Position numbers and translations under genes: made by a program. This document shows positions 12,201 to 63,790 of a stretch of DNA of 64,000 bases, piece by piece. Under the pieces are notes generated by a model, which searched no databases, was not told where the DNA came from, and was given only the letters and a program-made list of their open reading frames with translations. The stretch is from Balanoglossus misakiensis (taxonomy: Eukaryota > Animalia > Hemichordata): contig CM082580.2 in the NCBI GenBank assembly GCA_040954595.2, positions 9,340,390 to 9,404,389 of the forward strand, given 5' to 3'. Every line of letters starts with the position of its first letter. Positions within the stretch are counted from its first letter, which is position 1.

Positions 12201-13973
12201 TTATGACGTCTTTGACTGTTCAAAAGCTTTTGATCCGCTCTTTTAATTAAAAGTCAAATAACCCCCGTCTAATCTATTTAACAGTCAGTTGTCACGACCC
12301 GCACGCAGACAATTAGCTTTCGCGCGAATTCACAGCTCGCCTCCCTTGGGTTGCTTCAGCAGCTTAGCGTCGAACCAAAATAGGTTTTATGTTAACAAAA
12401 CATGCGTTTTACACAACATTAAGTCTTGCAATAAAAGGCCGCGCATCTCGTCTATAGTTTAGCACGGGTCATTTGGCAGTGGGACGGGATTGTAAAGTTA
12501 TTGAATAGACGCTGCTGTTATTAAAAAGTAAAGGAATAAAAGATATATGTCAGTAAGCATACCAGTACCAATGTGTCATCGAGTGAAACTACCAAGATAA
12601 AATACATAATTGAACGATTTTCCGTCGGCAATCCATAGATCGATTGTTTTCATGGAAACGTCTTGCCTATAATGGGCTTGGGCTACTTAATGTGGATTTT
12701 TTTCGTGTTGAAGACAAGCCAGTTGTTTCACGTTTGATCGATTACTACAATTAAACCTTTTTACGTATAGTTAAATATTCCACGCATGATTTACCTGATT
12801 GATCAGCTTAAAATGAAAAATAAAATAAAAAATAAAACACAATGATTTCCCAGATCGCGGTCTTTCTCTCTCTTTATCCTGAGAACTAGTGAAAAAAATG
12901 TTTTGTTATTTTTACGCGTGCCGCCTGTATTAAATCGCATATAATAGGACTGCCACATTTAATCATTTTAAAAACTGTGAATAAACACATTAATTTCGAC
13001 CTGCAAATCGCGCATTCAATTTGTTGTTATGCAACCTTTCCGTCGAACTATTTACATCGTGGAAACGTTCACAGAGAGTCTTCAGTGTTACCATGGTGAC
13101 AGATGACTTGTCTCATTAAAGTGTCCTCGCTGTGTGTGATCATCGCTCAACACTGTCAGCCATGAATAGTTTTTGTCATCAGTGACGTTTCCAGAGATAG
13201 GTTGATTAAAGGTAGGCAGCGCCCCGTGGCGCAGAAAACTTAAAGAAACCGTACGGAATTGAAGACGTCCATATGTTCATTGTTGTTTTGAAATTTAGAT
13301 ATTTAGGCCTAAGCAATAAGCCCCCCTCCCCTCGCCATGGGCTGGTATACCACGAGATATAGCCCACGGCATGTTGCACTGTTATACCGGTAATATCATT
13401 TTAAAATGTATGTAGGCCTATATCTATTTTATGTGATGTCATATGATTTTTTTCTTTGCAGTTTACGGATTGAAACAACCTCTCGACCCTCGGACCATGG
13501 GAAAACAGATGGGCGAACCCATGAAAGGTAAACCAAGATACGAACCAGACCTGATCATGCCGAGAGACAAATGGCCAACAAAATCAGGAGCGTATACGGT
13601 GAGTTGGTACAGATATTTCTAGTTTCAAAATTATTCAGCTCAAATTTATCAATAAACAAGTGTTTCTTAACTGTTTCGAATGAAGTCTTTGCAAAAACAT
13701 TTATCCCCAAAAACTAGCTCTTTAGGTAAAATTTGAAAGTTTCTGAAGTTATCGTGTAAAACTCCGTTTTTACAGAGACATCGACGAATGCACCGAAGTC
13801 CTCACAGCGCCCTCATGGAACATATAGAAGACAGGCTGGCACGGAAGTGGGCTCAGGAAAGGGAATCACGGGAGAGGATAGAAAAAGAACTGGAAGAAGA
13901 GAGGAAAGAAATGAGAGAAAAAGAACTTCTCGCTCAGGAGTTGGAAGCAGCGACCTCAACGGTGGCTAATTGA
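9280..13973 (+). CDS. C7orf78-like uncharacterised protein (probably ciliary/testis), 4 exons, about 324 aa
   Basis: Exons 9280-9822, 11807-11903, 13462-13598 and 13776-13973 (975 nt, phase-consistent). Motifs PPDF, YEAKLMFVKSGVYP, PKPHDFR, DPYNLKFKS, WPTKSGAYTRHRR and HSALMEHIE resemble the C7orf78 family as I recall it. The family name is from memory, not a search; the gene structure itself is well supported. Confidence 0.8.
11621..11652. repeat. (AAAT)n microsatellite
   Basis: aaataaataaataaacaaataaataaataaat. Confidence 0.75.
13311..13390 (+). mobile_element. Degenerate partial copy of the 17601 palindromic element family
   Basis: Shares AAGCAATAA...GCCATGG...GGTATACCACGAGAT with the left arm at 17600-17640. 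Confidence 0.45.
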
Positions 13974-15451
13974 TCGAAACAGTGATGTCGACTCCTGCAT
14001 TAAAGTTCGTTGTCGGATCTGTTTTTGTACACGCATACCTATTTGTCATTCTTACAAGAATCCGGCCCTTTGTTACCAGGACAACGGATCCGGTCTGCAC
14101 TAGCTAATTCGACAGACGCCTCGATTGAACCATCCTGTATCGGAAGTACTCGAATGTTGCCACTTATTTATGGAGGCAACGGAAACTATGAATATCCATG
14201 CGAAAACAATTCTAATGCATTGTGTACGTCGATACTATGGGTCAAGGGTCACCAATATCCACGGAAGTGACCGAAACTGACATTTACAGTATAGAGTCAG
14301 TTGAAAATAACTCTTATACGAAGTGCTCTTGTCTAGAGCCTAAAGTATACCAATGTCAATGAGGACTGTTTTTCCTTGAAGGTTGACAAACGGTATGACT
14401 GCAATGAACCTTGAAATTGACGTTTGTCTATTTTTTCAAACAGTGCCAGAATACATAAATATTTTTTTCGACAGAGTACGAAATGAAATGTAAAGCGCAA
14501 TACAGCATTTTCTTCCATTTGACAGTATTTCATGAAAATAGACTTCGATTTGAGCATTATTCAAATATCTTGAAAAAGATGCAAGCATTGCTCCATTTTA
14601 TGTACAAAGGAAAATCGTTCTTGAGGAAAATTAGAAAATATACGTTCTTGAAATGTTTAACTCTGTAACAGTAACTGTTGGGTACACTGTTACTGGTATT
14701 CATTTGCAATAACATCAGAAAACCGTCCATACTTCTTTAAAGCGTTTTACCTGTGCTATATATTGTGATTGAATATTTACAATTGAAACCATGTAGGTTA
14801 GCTAAAGAATATGTCGCGCAGATAGTGGAAGCAGCTGCATAGAAAATATGTGTGTCGTGTGGAAGCGTGTGTTTAATGCAATTACGACTTGGCAAAAAAT
14901 AAGACATTTATAGGGGAAATGATTGATGGGTCAAATAAAGAGTTTTAAATAAAATTGAACACTTTTGTTGTTGGGCTATTCATGTCATGTCCCATTTCCA
15001 ACCATTTACGTCTTTCTTCGCATTGAAATTGACACGTTAATTAACAGCTTAAATGATACGACTTGATTTACGCCTACTCATGCTGAAATGTATCGCCTCG
15101 CCGTTCTCGCGAACCATATCAGAAGCAGCTCAAACAGTTGCCGTAAAGAGGCTGTGTTTTACGACGATGCACAACTCGTTCAAGTTTTCTAAGTTCCCCA
15201 CTTATTGGCGCCCTACAACCACCAGTTGATCAGCACCATTTCAATAAATATTTCCAGATTATATCCTCAGTAAATCCAGAATCACAGAAATCCATATACC
15301 AATTATAGCATAGAAAGTTTCTTGGATATCAGATATCTTTCTTATGGCTAATCAATATTTTGACCAGCCAATAATGATTCAATATGGTTGTAAGAGTGAT
15401 TGTGGACAAATTTTATGAAGTTTATCTATAGAGGGCACTATTGTATTCTCA

Positions 15452-18400
15452 TCACTGATTCTTCAACTTGTTCAAGTTTTCCCAGTATTGCGTCACTTCA
15501 ATGCCTTCCCATGTTTGGTTTCTCAGCGGAATGAAATACCTGTGCAGTAAAGAAAAAGGATTTTTTTACAAAACTTATTTTAAAAAAAAGACAGACTTTG
15601 TGGCTAGTTCAGACAAACACGGGCGAGTAACTGTCATCATGCCACTGTCAGAGTAATTCTGTCATTCTGTCTTGGAGATGTTCAACATCTAATTCTCACT
15701 TACTTGTCCATGACATAATCCATGGTCTCTTTCTCCAGAGCTGATAAAGTTCTACCAACACTGTCCAGATTGGTTTGAAGATTTTCCATTCTGTACAATT
15801 CATAGAAAACAGATACAACAGTAATCATGAAAAAATTGAAGTGCTATTATGTGATGTCACTGATCAAACATAATGGATATCATTTTGAAGCTCGGTTAAA
15901 ATAAGGTATTTTCAGAGTCTATGCAGAAGAAGGGGCGTAGAGATGGATGCTATAACATGCTAAACTCAGTTGAACAAACTCACCTGGCAGTGCTTACAAG
16001 AGTCGTTGGCACCCCCTCATGATTCAGTGTATAGTGCATAGCAAGTTTGGAAATGTCAACATCTTTGCTTTGGCAGTATTCAGCAGCCTGTTTACAAGCA
16101 GTCTTGATTTCATCTGTTGCTGGGTGCCACGATGGTGGACCACGATTTGTTAATAAACCCATGGAGATGGGCGAGGCATTGACAACACCAATGCCTTTTT
16201 CCTAAGACAAGATTATGAAAGGAATGTTTCATTATAAAACATTAATTGACAACAAAACCACCAGGCCAATGAATTTGATTTGTCATAGTACTATCATTGG
16301 CTGAAACACACAAATGTAAGTCAAGTCATATAAAAACGAGCGACTCTCCCTTTAGGTCGAACTTACCTTGAAGTATGACAGATGATCAAGCAATGAGAAA
16401 TCATTCATAGAACAGTGACAATAGGTTAATATAGTGTCTATTTTGACATGACTCTTTTCAATGACTTTCCTGGAAGGGAAAGATGAAAATTAATCATTAA
16501 AAACAATGTCTGTGGTCCAGAAAACCTGTTCACAGTAATTCACCTGACCATGATACATTATAATTACATGTACCATGTAATCATTCATGTAAACTACATG
16601 TAAACTGCACAGCGACTGTTTCAACATGGCCACCATATAGAGGTGGTCACTAACACAGGTTTGACTGTAAAATATATACTAGTATGTGGATGATAAAGTA
16701 GCCTTATAAATAAACATTCCATATTGTGTTGAAAGAGTAATGTAAATATACAGTTACAACTATTATAATATCTTGAAATAGAAACTGGGTAGTTGCAGGT
16801 AATTTTAAATACAGTGCAAACCATGTGGTAGTATTATAAACATAACTACCTTTGAAAGAAATGATGGAGAATTCAGAAAAAACTGAGTACCTGAAATTGT
16901 CCATGGGATAACCTGTGATTCCAATAAATTTGACTTTTCCGGCATCTTTGAGTTTCTGCAATGCTGGTAAAGTTTCGTTCACTATCACATCAATGCTTGG
17001 AGCAAACTCCATATCATGAACCTGAGAAGATTACAGAAAAATAGATTATTGATATAGCTATGATAAAATGGACCAATCTTGGAAAGAAAAAAAAGCTTTC
17101 TAAAATGCTTTATTTTTTTACATGATATCACAATGGCATGTTTGCTTGATGTTGGCCTGTTACGGTATATCTGAAAGTCTGTCATGATGCCCCACAATTC
17201 TTTCTTGACTTATGAATGTGACGCATATCCCATTGAATTAATTCTGTATGTCTGATGTGACAGTGTACATTACATACCTGTATGATGTCAATGTATTCCA
17301 ATCCCAGTCTCTGCAGACTCTCATCCACACTCTTTAAGGTTCTCTCGGCAGAGAAATCAAACATCTCTTCCGGGTTGGCTTCGTACCGACAAACCTTGGT
17401 TGTCAGGTAGTACGACTGTCTTGGGATGTCACGAAGTGCCTAGAAGATTACACAAAAAACCTCTGATCACATCAAGACGCAGAAGAAGAATTTTTTTTTG
17501 GAGACAGGATGCACGAATCCACTTGAATTGACTCCATGTATTAAGAGCAACAAATCACACTAAAGCCAGTATCTACAACCTCTATGGTATGTATTATTTA
17601 AGCAATAAAACACCTCCAGCCATGGTATATCACGAGATTTTGACCAGTTCACGACATATACGCACGAGCGATAGCGAGTGCGTATATAGAGTTGAACTGG
17701 TCAAAATCGAGTGGTATACCATGGCTGGGGGTGTTTTATTGCTATTATATTATGCCAGTATATTGAAACTTTGCATAAAACATTTTAAAAAGGCATTTTC
17801 TTTAACTATGATATATGACTGTGGTATATGGCTAATATATCACGGTCACGTGTCGTGTCTCGACCAATCAAATAGCGTGATTTACACCATCAATATACTG
17901 GTATAATATAATAGAACATTTACCTTTCCAAGAACTCTCTCTGATTTTCCGTGTCCATACCAAGGAGCGGTGTCTATGTAATTAATGCCACTCTTGACAG
18001 CGTGATGGACAACTTGTATCGACTGAGAGTCATCTGTGTCATGGAATACACTTCCTAGAGATGATGCTCCTGCAAAATCAATTTCAGTATTATTTGAAAT
18101 TTATGTTTCTTGACACTATGTGAGAATAGCTATAGATCACAACAGTCTACAGAGATTTAGGGGCTGGTGATGGACATACCAAAGCTCAGCTGTGAAACTT
18201 TCAATCCGGTCTCCCCAAGTGGCCGATAAACCATCCTTTTCACAGCATCGTTGTCATGGAAACCATCCACATATGTAGCAGGAAAGCTACAAACGAGAAA
18301 ACATTGAAAACTTATGTATCCCTCAAACTGATATTCAGTACAAATAGTTCAACAATTTGGACCACTGAATGGAATTTACACACGCTACATATACCGCCAC

Positions 18401-18503
18401 AACAATTTGTATTGAAAGGGGCGTGTCCACGTCGGCGAGGGGACCTGTACGCAGGTGTACATATTAAACGTTATTATGGTGCAAAATACCTATTTTCCGA
18501 CAT
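15452..18503 (-). CDS. Aldo-keto reductase, L-galactose dehydrogenase-like, 9 exons, about 351 aa
   Basis: Exons 18503-18490, 18286-18180, 18069-17924, 17439-17278, 17021-16891, 16469-16367, 16201-15984, 15790-15704 and 15539-15452 (1056 nt). Motifs YRPLGETGL, GINYIDTAPWYG, TKVCRY, FDFSAERT, SLQRLGLEYIDIIQVHD, GKVKFIGITGYP and NASPISMGLLTNRGPPSWHPA. The AKR catalytic tetrad Asp/Tyr/Lys/His is present. Confidence 0.92.
16626..16669. mobile_element. Possible single end of a Tc1/mariner-type MITE
   Basis: GAGGTGGTCACTAACACAGGTTTGACTGTA resembles the ...ACTG-TA terminus of such MITEs; no clear matching left end. Confidence 0.3.
17601..17910. mobile_element. Non-autonomous palindromic (MITE-like) element with two inverted-repeat units, in an AKR intron
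   Basis: 17601-17743 forms a long near-perfect hairpin (AGCAATAAAACACCTCCAGCCATGGTATATCACGAGATTTTGACCAGTTCA ... TGAACTGGTCAAAATCGAGTGGTATACCATGGCTGGGGGTGTTTTATTGCT). A second inverted pair lies at 17746-17766 / 17890-17910. Confidence 0.75.
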
Positions 18504-18991
18504 CTTTGGTTTTGTGGAAACTCTTGTACTCTATTCTTAGATAAGAAGTCGCGTGATCTGGTGATTATCGACTCTCAACCGCACTCGACTCCCGGTCGAA
18601 CTTCAACTACGGCCAGCTTCCCTCCGGCATGGCAACGTGCCGTGACCTATGACCTGGAACTTTACCAGCAAAACTTTGTCACCTGATATATCGCGCACTT
18701 CACCCTTTAGGGGCAGTCGTTAACGTTTGTAAGGTAGTGGCACTGTGGCTACATTCTTACATTTAATGATAAAAATAATTGATATTTTAGACCCCATTTA
18801 AGCTGAAACGGTCGGAACACACTGTTTTCTATAAGTAATACCGTAGAGATGACAATACTTTTAATTTTAGTAGTTCATCCTCATTTCGCCAGGGAGGCCA
18901 GTCGTCATTTTACAACGGTCCCTAAGGAGGCCAATATCCACTTCGAAAACGAGGCTGACATCACCTGACTGTGCTTGACCAACCCGGAAAC
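18504..18991. promoter_or_regulatory. Bidirectional promoter shared by the AKR gene and IDI1
   Basis: Head-to-head start codons about 490 bp apart in a CpG-rich stretch. Contains DR1 TGACCTATGACCT (18643-18655), SRE/E-box-like GTCGCGTGAT (18548), GTCACCTGAT (18678) and ATCACCTGAC (18960), and CCAAT (18931). Confidence 0.6.
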
Positions 18992-20784
<1,793 letters not shown>

Positions 20785-21877
20785 CTGGTATCGCAAAAAA
20801 TCGTGGTTAAAATTGACGTCTTCTAATAAGTTATTGTAAGCTGGACATCTGGATTCAGATCATGAATTTGAAATATATATAGTTTTGAGGGTTATGGGAG
20901 ATTTGTTTTCTTGTTCAAATGACACTCGCAAGTCATCTCAACAATGCAGTCCATATAACCATGTATACAACTTCTGTGAATATGCAATTAAAATCCTGTA
21001 AGGATGCGTACAATGCACATTTTCTCATGCTTATGTGTGTGATCTTTTTCATAATGTAGAATAATAAATTTATCATCAACTGCAACAAATTTTTAATATT
21101 TTTTGAGTCTACAGCAAACAACATACACATTATCTTTTTAGCGATAATGTTATTTATTGAACTGCATATAAAAGATACATATTCAATCTACAATCCATAT
21201 TTTTCTGTAAAACTCGTCACATGATTCGTATTCAACAAATGCTTTAAAACCATGCCAGTAAAATATTCTGTACTCCAGTATGAGCAAGAAAAACAAAAAT
21301 CAATAAAAAAAAAGAGTTGTATTAATTCATATAAATAATAGGATACAATGGGGCGGAGAAAAGTTTGCAGGGCGACATCAACATATAATCTTTTGTGTAC
21401 TTTTGTTTTTATCCAACCCACTCTGCCTCATATACTCATAATAAGGCATGCATGCAGAGAACCACCTCGTGATCAATATTATTATTTACAGAAAGTTTAT
21501 CTCAAAGTGGGGATACGTAAAATAAGCAATAATACAAGGCCTTGAAACAAAAGCTAAAATATATATTTTCTACAGAAAAACTTAAGCATTTACCCCTAAC
21601 GTGGCTATACTTTTAAAATGATAACGTACGCAATATTATGAAATGTAAACATGAACATCAATATAACTTGACACTTGGACTGAAAATGCAGAATATGGGG
21701 TTCATAAAATGTGTGTAAGGAATGTATTATTCAACAAGGAAAGAATAAAAGAACTGCAACATGTTTAAGATTAACACAATGAATAAATTAAGGAGTATCC
21801 TTGGGTGGGTAGCGTCTTGCAGCTTGCGCTATTAAATGCCTTTAACTTGAAACCTTGACTTGGAGACAGCCTTCTAG

Positions 21878-21961
21878 TTGAACCACCACTGTTTACTTAA
21901 ATCCCATTGTTGCCTGTGATAAACTGGACCTGTACACGTGGATTTGGGGGTGAATGGGTTA
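21878..21961. mobile_element. Diverged member of the TTAA MITE family
   Basis: ACCACCA...AATCCCATTGTT...TGGACCTGTAC...GGGGGTGAATGGGTTA is similar to 30433-30525. Confidence 0.55.
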
Positions 21962-23972
21962 CTATCGGAGTAAAATTTGGTAAGGATTTTCCCAAGAGAA
22001 AGTTGGAAAATTGCTGCGTGGTATCCAACAGTTTTGAATAAATGGCAAGATGAACACAGGGGGGAAAAAACTACGATTGAGGTAGTTGGCATTTTTGTCT
22101 ACTCAGTACATCTACAAAATGAAGTGCAGTAAGGTAATTTTTATGTACAATTCTCAGTTTTAGTATTTTTGAACAGTTGTCACCTGACCTGATTAAAATG
22201 ATCTTAAAGGTGTTCACAGTCACACTGTATCAGTAACCTTTTTCCAAGTTCAAATCAGGATCTGTCTAATAATGCGCATAGAATTGTGACTCTGTCCCTG
22301 TAAAAATGTAAAATCGCTTCCCACTCTTGCAACACGTAGATGCTGACTTTCAAATTCATAACATAATTTACAGGAAGGAAATGTGTGTGTGTGTTATACA
22401 TGTAACTGGGCACTGGTTAGTTAGGTAAGGTGAACAAGGGAAAGAGTAGCTATCATTCCATATACTTATTACCAGATGGAGTTAATCCCAATGTTCTGTG
22501 GGTGCCGCAATGTATATATCTGAAATAGGAATATCTAGTTTTTGTGGATGAGAGCTGGATACATGGCATATCCAAGTTTTATACTTGTACATCCACTTGT
22601 CATGATTTTTACAAAGTCTGTACATCTCTAGCTATAGACAGACATGATGGTTGATCTGTTGTTAAGACGTAAACACATCTGCCATGTCAGTATGGCCAAC
22701 GAGACGTCAACGTGATCAGCAACCAGATGAAAAGACTCTGTTCACTGCAAATATCAGTCTTTTTTTTAAAATGTGAGGTAATATTACGACTTTAGGGCGC
22801 TATGCAGCCGAAGCCTACATTAGTTAAATGATCAAGTCTGCGCCAGGAAGTCAACATAATGCCTATTCTAGTGTCTGCCAAAAACAAGGCAAAAAAACCA
22901 AACATTTAGAATTTTTTGTACAGATTCAACTTACATATTTTTTGCCTCCAGGAAAAGTGGTGTATAATACTGTTCAAATGGTCCTGCCTACAAAACAACT
23001 TACACAAAGACCAGACAAGACACGGTTGATCGATCATAAAAATACAAAAAATAGACTAGTTTCACAGTAAATTACAAACTTCTTCAGACCAATATTCACA
23101 TATGAAAAATAAAGCATTTCCAATTTTCACCTCCTTAAAAAGACACCAGTTAAGAATGGTAGTTTTCTGTAAATGATTACATATGATCCAAATCCAATGA
23201 TTTCTTTTCTACAAATTTTTAAAACCTAATCGTAAACAGAACCAAATTACGTATCATTGTGATATAAATTATTAAAACAATGCCTTGCAGAGATTTTTGG
23301 CTTCAGTATTATACAACAAAAACACCCCAAAGCGACATCTTTGATATGTTTTTTTTTCTTTCATTTTTACAGAATTCACAATTCATTTCAAAGACTTGCG
23401 GAAATGAGATTTTTTACATGATGTGCAGAATTTTTGGATTTTCAGGGGTGCTTGACACCCCCTATTTTCAAATTATTACCAACCTTTTCAAGGAATAGCA
23501 TACCACCAGAAATGGTCAGGATTGTACCAAAATGATTATAGCAGGGTGGGCAGGCCTCACAGATGAAGGGGGAAGCACTGATTTTTTCAAGAACAGTCTC
23601 TCCCTGAAAATATGACGCACTGTGGTTCACCCCGTACGATTCAAATAAAGTCAAGTAAATGTCCACGTTCACCTAAAACCTGTACAGGTAAATATAACGA
23701 TTGGATTATACGATATTTACAGTCAACCCAATAACGAGAGCACAACTTTCTGTCGTTTTGCGTGACAGAACCATAATTGCGTGACAGAAGAACCATTGCA
23801 AAGTTCACACAAATTCCTCCAAGGGCGGGGCACCCATGCTTGGTATTGGAATTTTGCAACCACTGAATTCAAACTGCGAATCAGGCAAGTTATATGACAG
23901 CCAAACGGACACCAATAGCTCCTGCTGTTTTTAGGACTGTTCACATGCTTCGGACCGACGACACCATGAATT

Positions 23973-60653
<36,681 letters not shown>

Positions 60654-60880
60654 GTTGAGAAAAAAAGTTACTCCAGAATGTTACTAAAATTCCATACATT
60701 CAGGGCGGAGAGTATTCCTTGAATATCAAGGTGTGCGTCTTCGGTTTCTCTTCAATGATTCACAGCACAGGAAGTTTGCAAATTGACAGCGTACGCAAGG
60801 ATCATGACTCCACTACCCACTCGCTTTACTCCAAATATGGCTGCCGTACACAACAGCCCGCCCTCATACGCAAGTTCTGA
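60654..60880 (-). promoter_or_regulatory. PARD3 5'UTR and proximal promoter
   Basis: CpG-enriched region directly upstream of the ATG, with a GC box CCCGCCC (60857-60863) and a YY1-like AAATATGGCTGCC near 60833. Confidence 0.5.
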
Positions 60881-62948
60881 GCACCTCAGGTATGCCAGGG
60901 CACAGGTATATTATTTGTTCACCTGATAGAAACTGGGTCAAATTTAGACACAAGAGAAGTTTTACCGAACAAATTCGTAGCAATTACCCGGAAGACTTCG
61001 GGCTTTACGGGCCTAGCTTTTGACGTGATAAAATTATGCAATCGAAATTTAAAACCGTTATCAAAATTTACCGTTAGCCTACTTAAAAACTGGGGGGTCA
61101 TAATCTTTTGGTTGCCAGGACTCTGATGGTTGATATATTAGCCACATCCATGTGGCACAGGATAAATTATCTCGCCCTTGGAAAATTCCCTTGCCAAACG
61201 AAATTCAAATACAGGTTCCCACGAAATTAAAATGATATAGGTTAACCGTGACATAAAATCAGTGGTAGCATTCATCTCTATTGTGTCAATAGTGGTCTAT
61301 TATATTCCATTGTCGGCTTTGTTGACAAGCTATTGTTTGCACACGCAAGGAATCGTCCCGGGCGAAGAGGGGGACGGACAACGTTTTAACGGTGATTCAC
61401 ACCACGACGTAACTGCAGATAATAAAGGTGTCAGACGATCTCCAGAAATTCCCCTCCGCTGTATTCTTTCAATGAATTATCGTCTATGACAATAATAATG
61501 CAGGTAGTGGACTAAAAGCATGTTACTGGTTCTTGTTTCTTTCTAACTGTACATATAATCTGACTAGAATAAACTCTGGTGCCAACTGAGCTTCGAAACA
61601 AGGTGTTTGATAACACGTATGCCCTACTAAAGAAGATACTTATTGATAGCAGTATATAAATTTTCTCTCGACTTATTTGAATTTGAAGCAAAATCAACGT
61701 TTAAACGCAATCTTAATTTTTAATCAGCCACAGCATGTCCCTCCACACACATTTACAGGCCGTGTTGAAAGTTTTCCACGAGTTTATATAGTAGTCTGGA
61801 ATCCAGACCAAGTGTGTTTTAGATACACCCACACTTTGGTGTGTGAGTCCACCCGCTTGGCTGGATCCAAATAGTCCGGAGGAGTTCCTTGAAATGCGCC
61901 ATCTAGAGATCAACGAATTTTATCTGAAAATTGGCCAAAAGTCTCGTACTCAAATAACGCCCTCTATAGCTTCTCTAAATTAGTCCGATTGCCAGAATGA
62001 AAGTTGAAAGAGTGCCCCATTTCCAGTCATTACACTGGTGTATTTGCATAAAGAGACTATGTTCTTGGAACAACTTTCAGAATAAACCAGGGCATACTCA
62101 CTGCCTGGCCATAAATGCAACTGAAACCAGTTTGCAGTCACACCATATATCATGAAACATCTTTGCTCCACACAGTGGTGTCCACTCAGGCCTTTGCATA
62201 ACAGTGTAAATAAAAAAAAAACACCCGAAACTCAACTATGGTCTTAAATACAAATTACCATTTTAATGAAAGCAAGGAAACACAATTTATTGTAGTATTA
62301 TTAAATTTACTGAAGCAGCTGATGCCACAATAATCACTGAATGAAAAAAAAATTGTAAAAATATACACTTCTAGACAATAAATATCATGACCCTGACCTC
62401 TCTGACTTTGAATTTGACTCGTGACAGCTGAGGTGATTGAACCCTTTGCACCTACTAACATTTTCAGACCAGGCTGCAGTCTTGACATACTGCAAAATCC
62501 TGTGCATGTTATGCATTATCTAGAAACAGGCAATTGACACAGACGCTTTTCAATAACCCTACCCCTCTAATTTACACGACTGTAGTTTTTTTTCAGTATG
62601 AACAAACCTGTTTCCTGTAATTAGACCGACCTGGCAGAAGCAATGCAGAGAATTCTTATGGTGGTTTGTTTGATATTGAACAATCAATTCAGGTCATACG
62701 GAGATCACTTTGCACCCTGCTTTTGCCACATGCCACTTGTGTGGAAAGAAAAACCACTGCGGGAAAGACTACATTGATGTTTTTGTGCGTCATAAAAACA
62801 TGATAATTCAGTGATATAATGTTTTGATATCCCTGAAAAAATCTGCTGTGTAAATGAAGAATTAATTCTAGGCAAGCAGCAGTGAGTTGATAGGTGTGCA
62901 GTAGATAATTGACAGCTGTTAATTGGCCAATTCAAAGGTGTTGGAGGG

Positions 62949-63040
62949 TTGACCTGTTCACCCCCAGTTCCCTCTATAGTGATCCAACTTTACCATAGAA
63001 AACAATGGATTCGGACCAAACCATGGTGGCGAAAGGTTAA
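62949..63040. mobile_element. About 90-bp TTAA MITE, same family as 30433-30525 (inverted orientation)
   Basis: CACCCCCAGTTCCCTCTATAG..TCCAAC.TTACCATAGAAAACAATGG..AACCATGGTGG..AAGGTTAA aligns along its length to the reverse complement of 30433-30525. Confidence 0.75.
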
Positions 63041-63658
63041 ATGCTTCACAGAGGATGGCTGGGGTTGGTCAAATATTAGACATGGGCTAAAAATATCCCA
63101 GAGGGCATGCATGATTCATGTTCACGGCCGATTGGACATTCATACAAAATGTTCCAGTAACAGGAGGTATTGAATTTACTCATTTAAAAACTGTCTCAGT
63201 TGCCGGTATTAATCAAATTGTTCATAAAATCCATAAAAAGCAACAAACAAAAAAAGAAAGATCTTGGGGAATAAATGCTGAACTTTATCTTCTGAAGCAG
63301 ATCAGAGAATTTGTGAATTCAGGCAAATCAAGTGACAACCTCCGACAATGGTCAAGTCATAATTCCAAATATGACTGTCTAGCAAGTGTAATAATAGGTA
63401 TGGTGAATACAAAGTGTGGCATTTTCTGTCTAACGTAGCTGTCCATAACACTTCTATCCAAGCTAACATCTCCACTCTTTCTACCATAATTCTCCCACTG
63501 TGCATCTAAGCTTTCTCTGGCTTGGCAACGCACGCTCTTTATGATACAAAACTGCCCACAGCGTGACACGTGAACCAGTTGCTGTGGCAACTGCTGTACA
63601 CAATGAGGTACAAAAAGGGAGAGAGAAAATTCTATGGTCAATTGTTTTGGACTAACTA

Positions 63659-63790
<132 letters not shown>

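Noticed and set aside
17601-17743. Long hairpin as a miRNA precursor
   Set aside because: The stem is too long and perfect, it is part of a larger repeat, and a relative exists at 13311; a transposon origin is more parsimonious.
18250-18263. Good X-box GTTGTCATGGAAAC
   Set aside because: It lies in AKR coding sequence (GFHDN) and is explained by codon constraint.
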